Below are positions 20,055-29,479 of a stretch of DNA of 64,000 bases, one piece after another. A program made the translations under genes and the position numbers. Source of the stretch: Escherichia phage vB_EcoM_EC001; the sequence record MN445185.1, one strand, 5' to 3'. The notes under the pieces are model-generated. The model had not been told where the DNA came from, ran no database searches, and saw nothing but the letters and a program-made list of their open reading frames with translations. The first letter of the stretch is position 1; each line of letters opens with the position of its first letter.

Positions 20055-21316
20055 TACAGTAAGCCCGCTCGTTTAAGGATGAATTGGTAATCTGCCTGAT
20101 AAACATACCAGGTCAGTTTACGACGCAGGGAGTCGATGTGCGGATAGCCGTAGTAGTTGAACAGCGGTAGTAGCTGTGGTGCAATCGGCACAAGCTGGTC
20201 TTCAGCAATCGGGATAAAGTTGCCCGCTGCAACACTCCCTGGTTGCGGCATCATATCCGGGTTAAACATAGACACCGTCAAGTTGAACATCTCCATGTAC
20301 AATGGGTCATCGAAGCGCGCCCCGATGCATTGCCAGTTGAGGTTAATTGTGGTGTCGTCATTTAATTGAGGCTTGGTGTTATCGACATTCGCCATTTGAC
20401 CGGCGTTATCGTTCATCGGCCAACAAACACACGCTGTCCAGAAACGGGTAATGTTTCCGAGCGCGTCGTATTTAAACCCGTACATCCTTGACTGGTAGTC
20501 GATACGACGTTGGATGGAGTTACGCATCTTCGGTTTGAACTTACCCATTTTAATGCCGGACATATACTCCAGCCACACGCCCATCATTCGCATGATTGGG
20601 TTGCCGTATGGGTTGTTCAGCGACATCGACATGCTGTACTGGTTATTGATTTCATGTGTGGAGTCAACCATACCCCATTGTTCGCGCATTAAACCTTCTT
20701 CAGACATCCAGTTATCGACAGACTGGTCAGGCATCCCCGAGAGGCTCAGCATCTGCGTACTCAGCAATGGTATGAATGCCTGAAGATTGTCAAACATAAT
20801 GTCCTTCATGAATGGCGTGCCCAAACGGTTCTTTCTTCGCCCATCTTCCATCGGTGAATCAGAGAACCCCAATTCAAAATCTGGGTCTAACGCTGCCAGA
20901 ATGGAATAGTCGAGTGACGATTTCGGCTGAGAAGCCATGTTCGACATCTTGCGCGAGTTGGCAATGTTGTCAAAGCACAAGTTGAAGTCAGGGCGGGTAA
21001 TGAAGGTTAGGCCACCGTACTCACGGTTAACAGGCGTCGGGTTCGACGCCATCATATGGTTGAACCCCATGTAGGGGTTGGTCACACGCTGCGCAGCCAG
21101 ACCCAAACCTAACGTAAGACGGATACGGTCATTCCAACCCGATAACTCATCATTAACGTTGTACGCCGTGGTGGGTTTCGCATCGGACAGTCGACGGTCA
21201 AAGTAGTCGGCGACCGATGGTACTGCATCGATATTATTCGGGTTTTGATACGAATTGTCGTAGTCGGTATTCGGGTCATACCCCGGATCGTTCTTATCGG
21301 TCTCGTTACTCATCAT
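20054..21316 (-). CDS. hypothetical protein (420 aa)
   Basis: GGAG SD; first gene of minus-strand operon. Confidence 0.75.
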   Translation of the reverse strand: MMSNETDKNDPGYDPNTDYDNSYQNPNNIDAVPSVADYFDRRLSDAKPTTAYNVNDELSGWNDRIRLTLGLGLAAQRVTNPYMGFNHMMASNPTPVNREYGGLTFITRPDFNLCFDNIANSRKMSNMASQPKSSLDYSILAALDPDFELGFSDSPMEDGRRKNRLGTPFMKDIMFDNLQAFIPLLSTQMLSLSGMPDQSVDNWMSEEGLMREQWGMVDSTHEINNQYSMSMSLNNPYGNPIMRMMGVWLEYMSGIKMGKFKPKMRNSIQRRIDYQSRMYGFKYDALGNITRFWTACVCWPMNDNAGQMANVDNTKPQLNDDTTINLNWQCIGARFDDPLYMEMFNLTVSMFNPDMMPQPGSVAAGNFIPIAEDQLVPIAPQLLPLFNYYGYPHIDSLRRKLTWYVYQADYQFILKRAGLL

Positions 21317-21338
21317 TAACTCCGGAGTTTAGTTAAAA

Positions 21339-22457
21339 ATGGCAGAAAAAACATTTGAGACATCGCTCGTCTCCTTTCTTTCTAAGTTTCCCATGCTGCT
21401 TCGCCAGCGGGCGGAATCGACGGAAGAATTCAACTCTGTGCTGTACAACGAGCACACCACGCTGGTTGAACAAAGTCTGTTGGGCTTAGATTACCTGCCA
21501 GGTATTCTGGAGAAAATCCAAATCCTGCTCGCGGGCAACCAACTTACCGCCATCTCAATTCTGGTAGGTGTTCCTGAGGTTGATATCCTTGGTACGCTTG
21601 ACCAGGTTAGCACCCGTCGTAATGCCCTCGATGCGGCTGCACGTTCGGGTTCTCGCTTAGCGTCTTTCGCAATCGGCGAGTCCTCCCGTCACACGCTGCC
21701 GTCATACGATAAAATCGGGCTTGCGGTCGGTGAATCCCGTCGCCAGAAATCCGATAACAAAGTAGCGACTGAATCATCCGCAGGTTCTGTGCTGCCGAAC
21801 AACACGCTGAAGCTCCTGCACGATCAGGAAGGTCTGTCCAACGGTAAAGTGTTCTCTGTTACCTTCGAACGCGACGGTAATAAAGTCGAGCTGCCGATGC
21901 GTCTGCGTCTTGATGTGAAGTCTCTGCCAACCGATGAAATGAAGACGCTGATTGCGTTCAGCGATCAAACCAAAACCTTCTGGGAACGTGTGCTGCGGGC
22001 GAAGGTCGGTTCTCTCAGCTACGCGAAAGATATCGCGCTGTGTAATGACCTCATTGAAGAATACCGTAAGAACCGCTTCCGTGATAAGTCCGGTTATTAC
22101 CGTAAGATGATGGAAAAGAAAAACGCCAACTGGCTGTCTGGCCTGCTGACGCTGAGCCCATCCATCAACAACGCGTCTTCGGTTATGGTGGTTTCTCAAG
22201 AAACTATCGACGATCTGACTGCTCAGCTGGGCGGAGACTTCGATGATTACAATATCCGCCAGCGTGTGTTCAAAGACACCCTGACTGTTTACTACGTGGT
22301 TGTCGACCAGACCTGGAACCGTGTAACCATTTATACGCGTGGTCAGACCGGGTCTCAGGAACTCGACAAATCAGACTTTAGCAAGGCGAAGTCCGGTAGC
22401 GGCGATGTAAACAAAATCATCGATGCCTATCGCGTCGGCGCGAATCCGGTACTGTAA
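21339..22457 (+). CDS. hypothetical protein (372 aa)
   Basis: Long ORF diverging from the minus operon with only 22 bp between start codons. Confidence 0.7.
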   Translation: MAEKTFETSLVSFLSKFPMLLRQRAESTEEFNSVLYNEHTTLVEQSLLGLDYLPGILEKIQILLAGNQLTAISILVGVPEVDILGTLDQVSTRRNALDAAARSGSRLASFAIGESSRHTLPSYDKIGLAVGESRRQKSDNKVATESSAGSVLPNNTLKLLHDQEGLSNGKVFSVTFERDGNKVELPMRLRLDVKSLPTDEMKTLIAFSDQTKTFWERVLRAKVGSLSYAKDIALCNDLIEEYRKNRFRDKSGYYRKMMEKKNANWLSGLLTLSPSINNASSVMVVSQETIDDLTAQLGGDFDDYNIRQRVFKDTLTVYYVVVDQTWNRVTIYTRGQTGSQELDKSDFSKAKSGSGDVNKIIDAYRVGANPVL

Positions 22458-22467
22458 GGGGAAAAGA

Positions 22468-23400
22468 ATGCCGATTCCGAATATGTTGGCGATGTTGCTG
22501 CCGAGCTTCGAAGCCACCAACTTAAAAAATCAACTGTCATCTAACTGCGACTCGATTGCTGCGTTAGAGCCACAGTTCCAGAACCTCCAGGAACTGGTAG
22601 GAAGTATCCAGGGTAAGCCATTTAAAGCGAAGCCTGTTGCAGACCTTTCTACTGAAATCGTTAAGTACCTGCATAGCTCCGGTTTGGAAGTTAAAGGGTT
22701 ACGTAACGCAAGTATGCTGGAGTACGTCATCGCGTCTATGCAGAACGTACAGGCGCTGCGACCTTTCCTGGAGCAGTGTATCGACCGTGACATCGGGAAA
22801 ACGTTGGTGACATCATCTCTAACGTTCAACAAACAAACCGTGTTGCAGTTGCTGGATATGATCGAATTCTTCGTCGGTTACGCTAGCACCCTGATTAACT
22901 ACATCACGGCCGAAGAGATTGCCGCTGTACAAGACTCGAACATTGCAGTGAAGGGAATCGGTCCGAAAGACCTTCAGTATCTGCAAACCCGTAAGACGTC
23001 TTTCTGTATTGCGGTGCGCGTCCTGGCAACCCCCATTACCAAACTGAAAGCAGACTACGCTGAGATACCCGAAGCGGTGTTTGACGAAGAGACATATAGC
23101 CAATTGGTTCAGCAGTTCGGTTCGAACACCACTGACCCGCTGGGTATGTCCTCCGTTCCGTTCCCGCTGTCGATCGTCTACCGCGTGCGTCTGAATATTG
23201 CAGAATGGCAAATGGATCGTTATGACGAGTGCGTGGAAGCCGCGAAAGCGACTGAGCTGCGTATTCTGTTGTACAAGAAACAACAGGCTGCCGGTGAAGG
23301 GGACGTGCACATTGAGAAACTCATCGAAGCACACGAAAAGCGCTTGATGGAACTCAAGTACAAACGTGAACGTCTGGAGAAAAAATACGGTCTGGTCTAA
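22468..23400 (+). CDS. hypothetical protein (310 aa)
   Basis: ATG 22468 with AAGGGG SD just after upstream stop (the track start 22423 lies inside the upstream gene). Confidence 0.7.
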   Translation: MPIPNMLAMLLPSFEATNLKNQLSSNCDSIAALEPQFQNLQELVGSIQGKPFKAKPVADLSTEIVKYLHSSGLEVKGLRNASMLEYVIASMQNVQALRPFLEQCIDRDIGKTLVTSSLTFNKQTVLQLLDMIEFFVGYASTLINYITAEEIAAVQDSNIAVKGIGPKDLQYLQTRKTSFCIAVRVLATPITKLKADYAEIPEAVFDEETYSQLVQQFGSNTTDPLGMSSVPFPLSIVYRVRLNIAEWQMDRYDECVEAAKATELRILLYKKQQAAGEGDVHIEKLIEAHEKRLMELKYKRERLEKKYGLV

Positions 23401-23423
23401 GACCGTATTATCAGGAGAGTCTC

Positions 23424-23981
23424 ATGTTTGACAATGACCAGAATTTTAACCTCGCCGAGAAGTTGATTAAAAACTACATGGCGAAACTGACCCAAAACCC
23501 CGTGCTGGTTCATGACGACGAACTGATACATGAAACCCTGGAAGCTGCAGCCGTTGTGCTGCCGTATTTCCGCATGATGGGCGCTGACTCTGTCCAACAA
23601 GTATTATATGACGAATATCCGCAGGTCGGTTTTACGTTTAATACGTTTTATAACGAATCTGCATCGTTCATACTTGACGGTAAACGCCGTACAGTGTCAA
23701 CAGGACAGTGGTCCGTTCTTCTGGTATCGTACATGAACGATATCCACTCTACTAAGCAAGTAGAGCGAACCGGTTCCCTGGGCTCACGACTTCTTGCTGC
23801 GGCTTACGGTCGTAGTGGGCAAGTTCGCCGTATGGGAACTGCGCATCAGACGTACACGCCTGACCGGCGTCTATTATCTTATGCAGACCACGAACTGCTG
23901 GCACGTTGGTTGACACGTCCGAACGGGTTATCCGATATGATCTCGTCGTTAGCAGTGTTTTTAAAAATCGCACGTCCCTAA
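23424..23981 (+). CDS. hypothetical protein (185 aa)
   Basis: AGGAG SD at 23413-23417. Confidence 0.65.
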   Translation: MFDNDQNFNLAEKLIKNYMAKLTQNPVLVHDDELIHETLEAAAVVLPYFRMMGADSVQQVLYDEYPQVGFTFNTFYNESASFILDGKRRTVSTGQWSVLLVSYMNDIHSTKQVERTGSLGSRLLAAAYGRSGQVRRMGTAHQTYTPDRRLLSYADHELLARWLTRPNGLSDMISSLAVFLKIARP

Positions 23982-24037
23982 GGGGGCCCCTTATCTAGGG
24001 GCGTGTAATTGGGTTATAACCAAAGGAACCGAAACAA

Positions 24038-24082
24038 ATGGCAAACTTTGTAAAAAGTAAACTCGCCCGCGAGTCCGTTGAA
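24038..24082 (+). repeat. direct repeat, copy 1 (5' ends of the paralogous genes)
   Basis: First 29 nt identical to 25393..25421, then synonymous differences. Confidence 0.8.
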
Positions 24083-25315
24083 GCTACCGGCGACGTAATC
24101 GACGGTCTGAGCAACGTTGAACCGGCAGAAGAGAACATCGACGTTCAGCTGGCAGAAGTTGCGTCTATCGACGGTCAGCTGGAACAGCTCGATGGTGACC
24201 AGGAAACCCTGGCTGCTGATACCGAGCGTACCGAAGCTGCTATCGACGCTGCTGACGAAAAAATCGAAAACGGTGAAGAGATGCCTGAAGAAGCCATCGC
24301 TCACACCGAAGTGGCGCAGGAATCTATCCGTAAGCGTTGGGCTATCGATCGTACCAAACTGGCACGCGAATCTTATCGCCGCGGCCGTGGCATGACCAAA
24401 GCAGCTCAGGAAGGCTGGAAAGAAACCCTGAAAGATCTGTTCAAGCGCTTCGTTGAACTGTGTAAAGCAGTTATCGCGAAAGCGAAAGAGCTGAAGCTGA
24501 AATACATCAACGTTGGTAAGTCTGCACAGAAACGTGCGAAAGCTTACCAAGAGATGCTGCGTAAGCTCGGTAAGCAGAAGAAAGAAAACATCTCTGGCGG
24601 CTTTATTAGCAAACTGTCTATCGAAGGCGACTTCGATGTGGCCAACTCCATCGCTATCGCGAAAGAGCTGACCGGCGGTAAAGCGAAAGATGCTATCAAC
24701 AAGCTGTCCTCTCAGGCGGCTGACTCTGCCGTAGCGATCACCAAAACTGCAGAAGGTACTGCAACGGCTGCTAAAGGCGCCGTTGATGTTGCCCTGTTCG
24801 GTACCGCTGCTAAGAAACTGCGCACCCTGCCGCAGTTCGAAGATGGCGAAGGCGGTCAGAAAGTTCTGGCACTGCCAGGCAACGCCTATGTGCAGATCGG
24901 TAGCAAAACTCTGGCCGGCGGCCAGGAGTACACTGCGGTGGCGTTCCTGTCAACTGGCGACTCTACCGACACGAAAGAGATTGCTACCCCGGCAATTACC
25001 GCACTGGCGTCTGCAGCAACCGCTCTTGATGCGATCGGTAAAGGTTTCGAGAAAGTGCTGCAGGACTTCCGCTCCTATGACGCCGAAGTTGAGAAACTGG
25101 AGCAGGCTGCTAGCAAAGCTGCTGCTGCCCTGGATAAATCCAACGACGAAGGCGAGTGGGAAGCACTGCGTAATGCACGTACTGCAGCCGACCAGGCTGT
25201 GCGTAACTACCAGACTCTGAACCGTGCCGTGGCGCATGTTGGTAACACTGTTATCAGCGGCCTGAACGGTTACATCGGTGCTGGTATCGGCGCGTACGAA
25301 AAGTCTAAAGCTTAA
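24038..25315 (+). CDS. abundant virion protein candidate, paralog A (425 aa)
   Basis: Strong codon bias; acidic N-terminal region; repeated A-Q-E motifs; paralogous to 25393..26652. Confidence 0.8.
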   Translation: MANFVKSKLARESVEATGDVIDGLSNVEPAEENIDVQLAEVASIDGQLEQLDGDQETLAADTERTEAAIDAADEKIENGEEMPEEAIAHTEVAQESIRKRWAIDRTKLARESYRRGRGMTKAAQEGWKETLKDLFKRFVELCKAVIAKAKELKLKYINVGKSAQKRAKAYQEMLRKLGKQKKENISGGFISKLSIEGDFDVANSIAIAKELTGGKAKDAINKLSSQAADSAVAITKTAEGTATAAKGAVDVALFGTAAKKLRTLPQFEDGEGGQKVLALPGNAYVQIGSKTLAGGQEYTAVAFLSTGDSTDTKEIATPAITALASAATALDAIGKGFEKVLQDFRSYDAEVEKLEQAASKAAAALDKSNDEGEWEALRNARTAADQAVRNYQTLNRAVAHVGNTVISGLNGYIGAGIGAYEKSKA

Positions 25316-25355
25316 TCCGCTTTACGTACCAAACGTCGGTTGACAAATCATTAAT

Positions 25356-25376
25356 GGCGGTACACGGCGTACCGCC
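25356..25376 (+). other. intergenic hairpin between the paralogs (GGCGGTAC/GTACCGCC, loop ACGGC)
   Basis: Read directly; no U-tract, so not a canonical terminator. Confidence 0.5.
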
Positions 25377-25392
25377 TAGAGGATAGAAAAAG

Positions 25393-25437
25393 ATGGCAAA
25401 CTTTGTAAAAAGTAAACTCGCTCGTGAATCTGTCGAA
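25393..25437 (+). repeat. direct repeat, copy 2
   Basis: See copy 1. Confidence 0.8.
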
Positions 25438-26652
25438 GGCGCAGGCACTGTCGTTCCAGATGGTATCGAGCTGCCGGCTGAGTCCGTGGAAGGTACTCTG
25501 GCTGACATCGAGCATGACACCAAACCGATCGACCAGCTGGACGCAGAAGCAGACGTGCTGGCAGAAGACGGTGACGAAACTGATGCACAGCTGGATGCAG
25601 TTGATGCTGCTGAAGCTGCCGCTGACGGTGAAGGTGAAGATGGCGAAGAGCCAATGGAAGTGGAAGAAGATATGCCTGACGATGCTGCTGAGCAGCTGGA
25701 CGTTGCGCAGGAATCTATCCGTAAACGTTGGGCATTCGACCACCGCGTAAGCGTTGCGCAGGAATCTTACGGTGCACGTAAGCGTCGTCAGGTTGCTCGT
25801 GAAAGCCTGTGGGAAGATATCAAAGCCTTCCTGAAGCGCATCTACGAGTGGCTGAAAGAGCAGGGCCGTAAAATCAAAGATCGCTGGCTCAAGTTCAGCA
25901 ACCAGGGTAAATCCATTCAGGCGCGTGCTAAGAAATATGACGCTGCGCTGTCTGGCCTGGGCAAGCAGAAGAAAGACACCGTTTCCGGTGGCTTCATCAA
26001 GAACCTGACCTCTAACGGCAAGTTCCTGGGTGACAACCTGCAGGTGCTGAAAGAGCTGCTGGCTAACATCGGTGGCGTTTACAGCATGCAAGAAGACGTC
26101 GTTCGTGAAGCAACTGTAATGGTAACTTCTATTGAGTCTGGCAAACACGTTGGCGGTTTCGCTGCAGCGGTTAATAAAGCAGTTTCTGGTAAGTCCGGCG
26201 ATCTGCAGCTGCTGGGCAACCAGATCGGTAAAGCTGACGTTAAAGTCAACGGTGACGACCTGGAAGCATCCTTCACTGTTATCGATGCAGAAGGCAGCGT
26301 AGAGCAGTCCGTAGCGACTCCTTCTCTGACCACCCTGAGTGGTCTGGTGGCGTTCTTCAATCAGCTGGGTAAAGCTGTGGAAGAAAACGTGAAAGCGTAC
26401 CACAAGAACAACCAGGCGCAAGAGAAGTACGAGCAGGCTATTGACAAGCTGCTGAAGCGTATCGACAGCGTGAAGATCGACGACAACGCCGAGCTGACCA
26501 ACAACGTACGTGTTGCTCGCCGTGCTATCACCATCGCGAACCAGTTCGTTTCCTGGACCGAACGTTGCGTTGCAACTGGCCAGAAAAACCTGATCGCCGG
26601 TGTTAACGGCTACATCAGCGCCGGTATCGGTGCTTATGAAAAGGCTAAGTAA
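25393..26652 (+). CDS. abundant virion protein candidate, paralog B (419 aa)
   Basis: Same N-terminus MANFVKSKLARESVE, shared VAQESIRKRW and C-terminal GYIxAGIGAYEK; AGAGGA SD. Confidence 0.8.
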   Translation: MANFVKSKLARESVEGAGTVVPDGIELPAESVEGTLADIEHDTKPIDQLDAEADVLAEDGDETDAQLDAVDAAEAAADGEGEDGEEPMEVEEDMPDDAAEQLDVAQESIRKRWAFDHRVSVAQESYGARKRRQVARESLWEDIKAFLKRIYEWLKEQGRKIKDRWLKFSNQGKSIQARAKKYDAALSGLGKQKKDTVSGGFIKNLTSNGKFLGDNLQVLKELLANIGGVYSMQEDVVREATVMVTSIESGKHVGGFAAAVNKAVSGKSGDLQLLGNQIGKADVKVNGDDLEASFTVIDAEGSVEQSVATPSLTTLSGLVAFFNQLGKAVEENVKAYHKNNQAQEKYEQAIDKLLKRIDSVKIDDNAELTNNVRVARRAITIANQFVSWTERCVATGQKNLIAGVNGYISAGIGAYEKAK

Positions 26653-26663
26653 TTAGTCTGGCG

Positions 26664-26703
26664 AATCCCCCACTTCGGTGGGGGATTTACCCTTTCTTTT
26701 TTT
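26664..26703 (+). terminator. rho-independent terminator
   Basis: AATCCCCCAC-TTCG-GTGGGGGATT hairpin, T-run after a 5-nt gap. Confidence 0.65.
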
Positions 26704-26720
26704 GTCTCGGATTAGAAAAG

Positions 26721-26746
26721 ATTTCAGATATATATTACCTAGGTGA
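26721..26746 (+). promoter_or_regulatory. phage promoter-like motif, class I (ATTTCAGATATATATTACCTAGGTGA)
   Basis: 26/26 identical to 35839..35864; just downstream of a terminator, 43 nt before ATG 26789. Confidence 0.6.
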
Positions 26747-26788
26747 GATTGCATTGGTAATCTTTTAACCGACTATCACTTAAGGAAT

Positions 26789-27550
26789 ATGAAAATGAAA
26801 ACTATCAATCTGCTCACTCTGGCTAATGGCTCTATCGAACGTAACGAAGACGACGGTGCTATCCTGCAAGCAACCAACGGCTTTAAAGTTATACTGTCCC
26901 CAATTCAATTCACAGGCTTACAAGTCTGGCTGCGCGAAATCAACAAACGCAAACTGCCGCGTCGTATGGCGGTTGGCGACCTGCTCTTTACACTGGATAA
27001 CGTTGACGGTGTTAAACCGGAACTGTACGAAGTTCAGTACAAAGCCGCAGTCGATACACTGCGACTGAAGAAAGGGGAAGAAATCAAATTCATTCCGGTG
27101 ACCTATAATGGTAACACTTACCTGCAGATGGAAGACACTCCGTTCGCTGCGCACGTCACTGACACTGCTGTTGAACTGGTCATTGCCATTGGTCTGGTTG
27201 CGACTCCGGCGGTACTGGAAGTCAGCGAAGATCCACTGCAGGATTTCGGTACGCTGTTCGAAACCATACTGGGTGGCACGAAGCTCGGGAACATCACCAA
27301 GGTCATCCGCCGTATTCCGATTCGGAATGCGCAGCCGAAAGTGATGACGCTGGCAGAAAGCATGACGGAACACCCGGAGCTGACTGCTGAAGAAATTCAG
27401 GCGCAAGAAGAAGCAATTGAAGAAGAACGTCAGAACGCCCAGCGTGAAGCCATGAAGCCGTTCCGTGGTTTCCTGGATGCTATCTTCGACTGTGCGAACT
27501 CGCTGATGAAACCGGTTGAAGTGAAAACCGCTGAAGAACCAGCAGCGTAA
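26789..27550 (+). CDS. hypothetical protein (253 aa)
   Basis: First gene after the promoter motif; TAAGGAA SD. Confidence 0.7.
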   Translation: MKMKTINLLTLANGSIERNEDDGAILQATNGFKVILSPIQFTGLQVWLREINKRKLPRRMAVGDLLFTLDNVDGVKPELYEVQYKAAVDTLRLKKGEEIKFIPVTYNGNTYLQMEDTPFAAHVTDTAVELVIAIGLVATPAVLEVSEDPLQDFGTLFETILGGTKLGNITKVIRRIPIRNAQPKVMTLAESMTEHPELTAEEIQAQEEAIEEERQNAQREAMKPFRGFLDAIFDCANSLMKPVEVKTAEEPAA

Positions 27551-27608
27551 ATATTACGTTAGCCCGAAACCGTATGTAATCGACCATTAATCTTAAGGAG
27601 TATTTATA

Positions 27609-28154
27609 ATGAAACGTGTCAATCTTAAAGATATTATTAGCGTAAGTAACGATAAATCATCACCCCTTTGGGATGAGGTTACTACGCTGCAATTTAGTAC
27701 CAGTGTCATGACAATTCCACGTCCAGTTATGATTGGTCTAGGTGTGTTTATTTTAGAATGTGACCGTCGCTCAGCAGGCACGCACATTCTAACGTACGGT
27801 GGGTACGAGTTTGTCGTCGAAAGCGAACTTAACAAACATTGCTCAGAGGGCATCATCGGTCTTTGGAAATACTTAATCGATGCGGGATTGTCCGACATGT
27901 CTAAAGTCTGTAGTCACGATTACGGTAAGTTGGAGCATTTTGTTCGTCGTAACGGTGAGCGTGTTCCGGTGACGATTGATGGTTACCAGACCAAAATGGT
28001 CACCGCGCCTTACAGCGCTGAGGGGATACGTGCAACGCTTTACATTCGCCAGACGCTCGTACGCGATGACCTGTTAGACGAAGCAGAGCAAACTCTACAT
28101 GGTCGTGTTGTGAACCTCGCACCGTCTTACGACGCGCAGCGTATGGTTCAATGA
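27609..28154 (+). CDS. hypothetical protein (181 aa)
   Basis: CTTAAGGAGTATT SD context; followed by terminator. Confidence 0.7.
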   Translation: MKRVNLKDIISVSNDKSSPLWDEVTTLQFSTSVMTIPRPVMIGLGVFILECDRRSAGTHILTYGGYEFVVESELNKHCSEGIIGLWKYLIDAGLSDMSKVCSHDYGKLEHFVRRNGERVPVTIDGYQTKMVTAPYSAEGIRATLYIRQTLVRDDLLDEAEQTLHGRVVNLAPSYDAQRMVQ

Positions 28155-28160
28155 TTTAAT

Positions 28161-28190
28161 AAGGTGGCCTAACAAGCCACCTTCTTTTTT
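28161..28190 (+). terminator. rho-independent terminator
   Basis: AAGGTGGC/GCCACCTT hairpin then T6. Confidence 0.7.
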
Positions 28191-28201
28191 GGGATTGTGT
28201 G

Positions 28202-28573
28202 ATGACTGATAAATTTAAATTTGAGATGACGCCAGAAACCGCAAACGTAGAACCGCAGATTCGCCTCCGTGTACGAGATGACGAATACTGTCTAGCGATA
28301 GTTGAAGAAGACCTGGCAGAGGCCTTGTTGCTGCTCGGCGACAGAGAATGGCTTGGCACGCTAACTATTAGGCTTAAGAGGCCGTTGGTTGGTAGTGGGA
28401 TGTTTGCAGGTTGCTGTACGAACAGTCTGTTGGTCGATGTGGATGCCAGAACGGTATCACTGTCGGTGATTCTGGACTATCCGGTGACATTCTCGTATAG
28501 CCGTCTTGAATTTAGTCGCCATTTACGCCACGCAATGAAAGAATTATCTAAAGCCCGTAGGAGCAAACCGTGA
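28202..28573 (+). CDS. hypothetical protein (123 aa)
   Basis: ATG 28202 (GTG 28199 also possible); stop overlaps DHFR start. Confidence 0.6.
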   Translation: MTDKFKFEMTPETANVEPQIRLRVRDDEYCLAIVEEDLAEALLLLGDREWLGTLTIRLKRPLVGSGMFAGCCTNSLLVDVDARTVSLSVILDYPVTFSYSRLEFSRHLRHAMKELSKARRSKP

Positions 28574-29121
28574 AACTCTCTATTATCGTCGCGATGGACC
28601 GCAACAATGCCATCGGTAAAAACAATGAACTGCCGTGGCGTCTGCCTGCCGACCTGGCTAACTTTAAGGCAATTACCACAGGGAAGAACGTTATCATGGG
28701 TAGTAGGACCTGGGAATCGTTAGGTTGTCGTCCTTTGCCTAACCGCGGCAACTTAATTGTTACTCGTAACCCAGAAGGGTACATCAATGGCCGGGAAGAA
28801 CACACGGACATGCGTTTGGTGACGTTTCACACGAGTATTGATTTAGCCATCAAAGCTCTGGAACGTATCGAGAAAGATACCGGAAAAGAGCAAGAGGTGA
28901 TGATTATTGGTGGCGCATCAGTTTATCAACAAACCCTCGCTCGTGCGGATCGTATTTATCTATCGCGTATTGACATCGCTGTTGAAGGTGCCGATGCTTT
29001 CTTCCCAGAAATTGACAGAGATGTTTTTCAAGTCGATTACACCATGACCCATTTACCCGACGGCCAGAAACACACGCACCGTTGGACGTATCAAATTTTA
29101 AATCGTATCGCTGGAGTTTAA
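28570..29121 (+). CDS. folA: dihydrofolate reductase (183 aa)
   Basis: Matches DHFR family signatures (NAIGKNNELPW, LPADLANFK, VIMGSRTWES, PLPNRGNLIVT, MIIGGASVY, IDIAVEGADAFFPE); GTG start with AGGAG SD. Confidence 0.9.
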   Translation: MKLSIIVAMDRNNAIGKNNELPWRLPADLANFKAITTGKNVIMGSRTWESLGCRPLPNRGNLIVTRNPEGYINGREEHTDMRLVTFHTSIDLAIKALERIEKDTGKEQEVMIIGGASVYQQTLARADRIYLSRIDIAVEGADAFFPEIDRDVFQVDYTMTHLPDGQKHTHRWTYQILNRIAGV

Positions 29122-29122
29122 A

Positions 29123-29452
29123 GTGGAAAAGAAATCTGTTAAAGGTTACGTGATGGAAGTAACCCCAAAAGCGGCTGAACTGGCGAGAGAATATACCGGA
29201 TGTATCGTGCCACTGACCTCAATCGTGGTGTGTGAGGGTTCCTTCTATCTCATCTTCGGCAGTAATGAGCCGGTCTATGCGTACATCGATGACCCTGATC
29301 AAGTTACAGCCCTCTCTATTGCGATGGGTAAAATGGTATCAGACAAGATGATTGAATTCGTTGTCGGGAAAACGATGGACATTATCCGCAATCCGGTTGG
29401 ACACAGCGGAATAAAATGTAAGAAGTGGCAGCTAGCTTGGCTGGCACATTAA
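29123..29452 (+). CDS. hypothetical protein (109 aa)
   Basis: GTG 29123 with GGAG SD right after the DHFR stop; alternative ATG 29153. Confidence 0.55.
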   Translation: MEKKSVKGYVMEVTPKAAELAREYTGCIVPLTSIVVCEGSFYLIFGSNEPVYAYIDDPDQVTALSIAMGKMVSDKMIEFVVGKTMDIIRNPVGHSGIKCKKWQLAWLAH

Positions 29453-29479
29453 ACGGTTATCTTCTTAAGGAGTATTAAA

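Noticed and set aside
23979-23995. GC-rich palindrome TAAGGGGGCCCCTTA after gene 23424..23981 as a terminator
   Set aside because: No U-tract follows and the stem leaves almost no loop; more likely a DNA-level palindrome.
25340-25345. Perfect sigma70 -35 hexamer TTGACA between the paralogous genes
   Set aside because: No acceptable -10 hexamer 16-18 bp downstream, so it is treated as chance.
25351-26421. 356-aa minus-strand ORF antisense to paralog B (similar cases: 24014..24550, 46232..47338, 26918..27406)
   Set aside because: Each lies wholly inside a better-supported plus-strand gene and has no expression signals.
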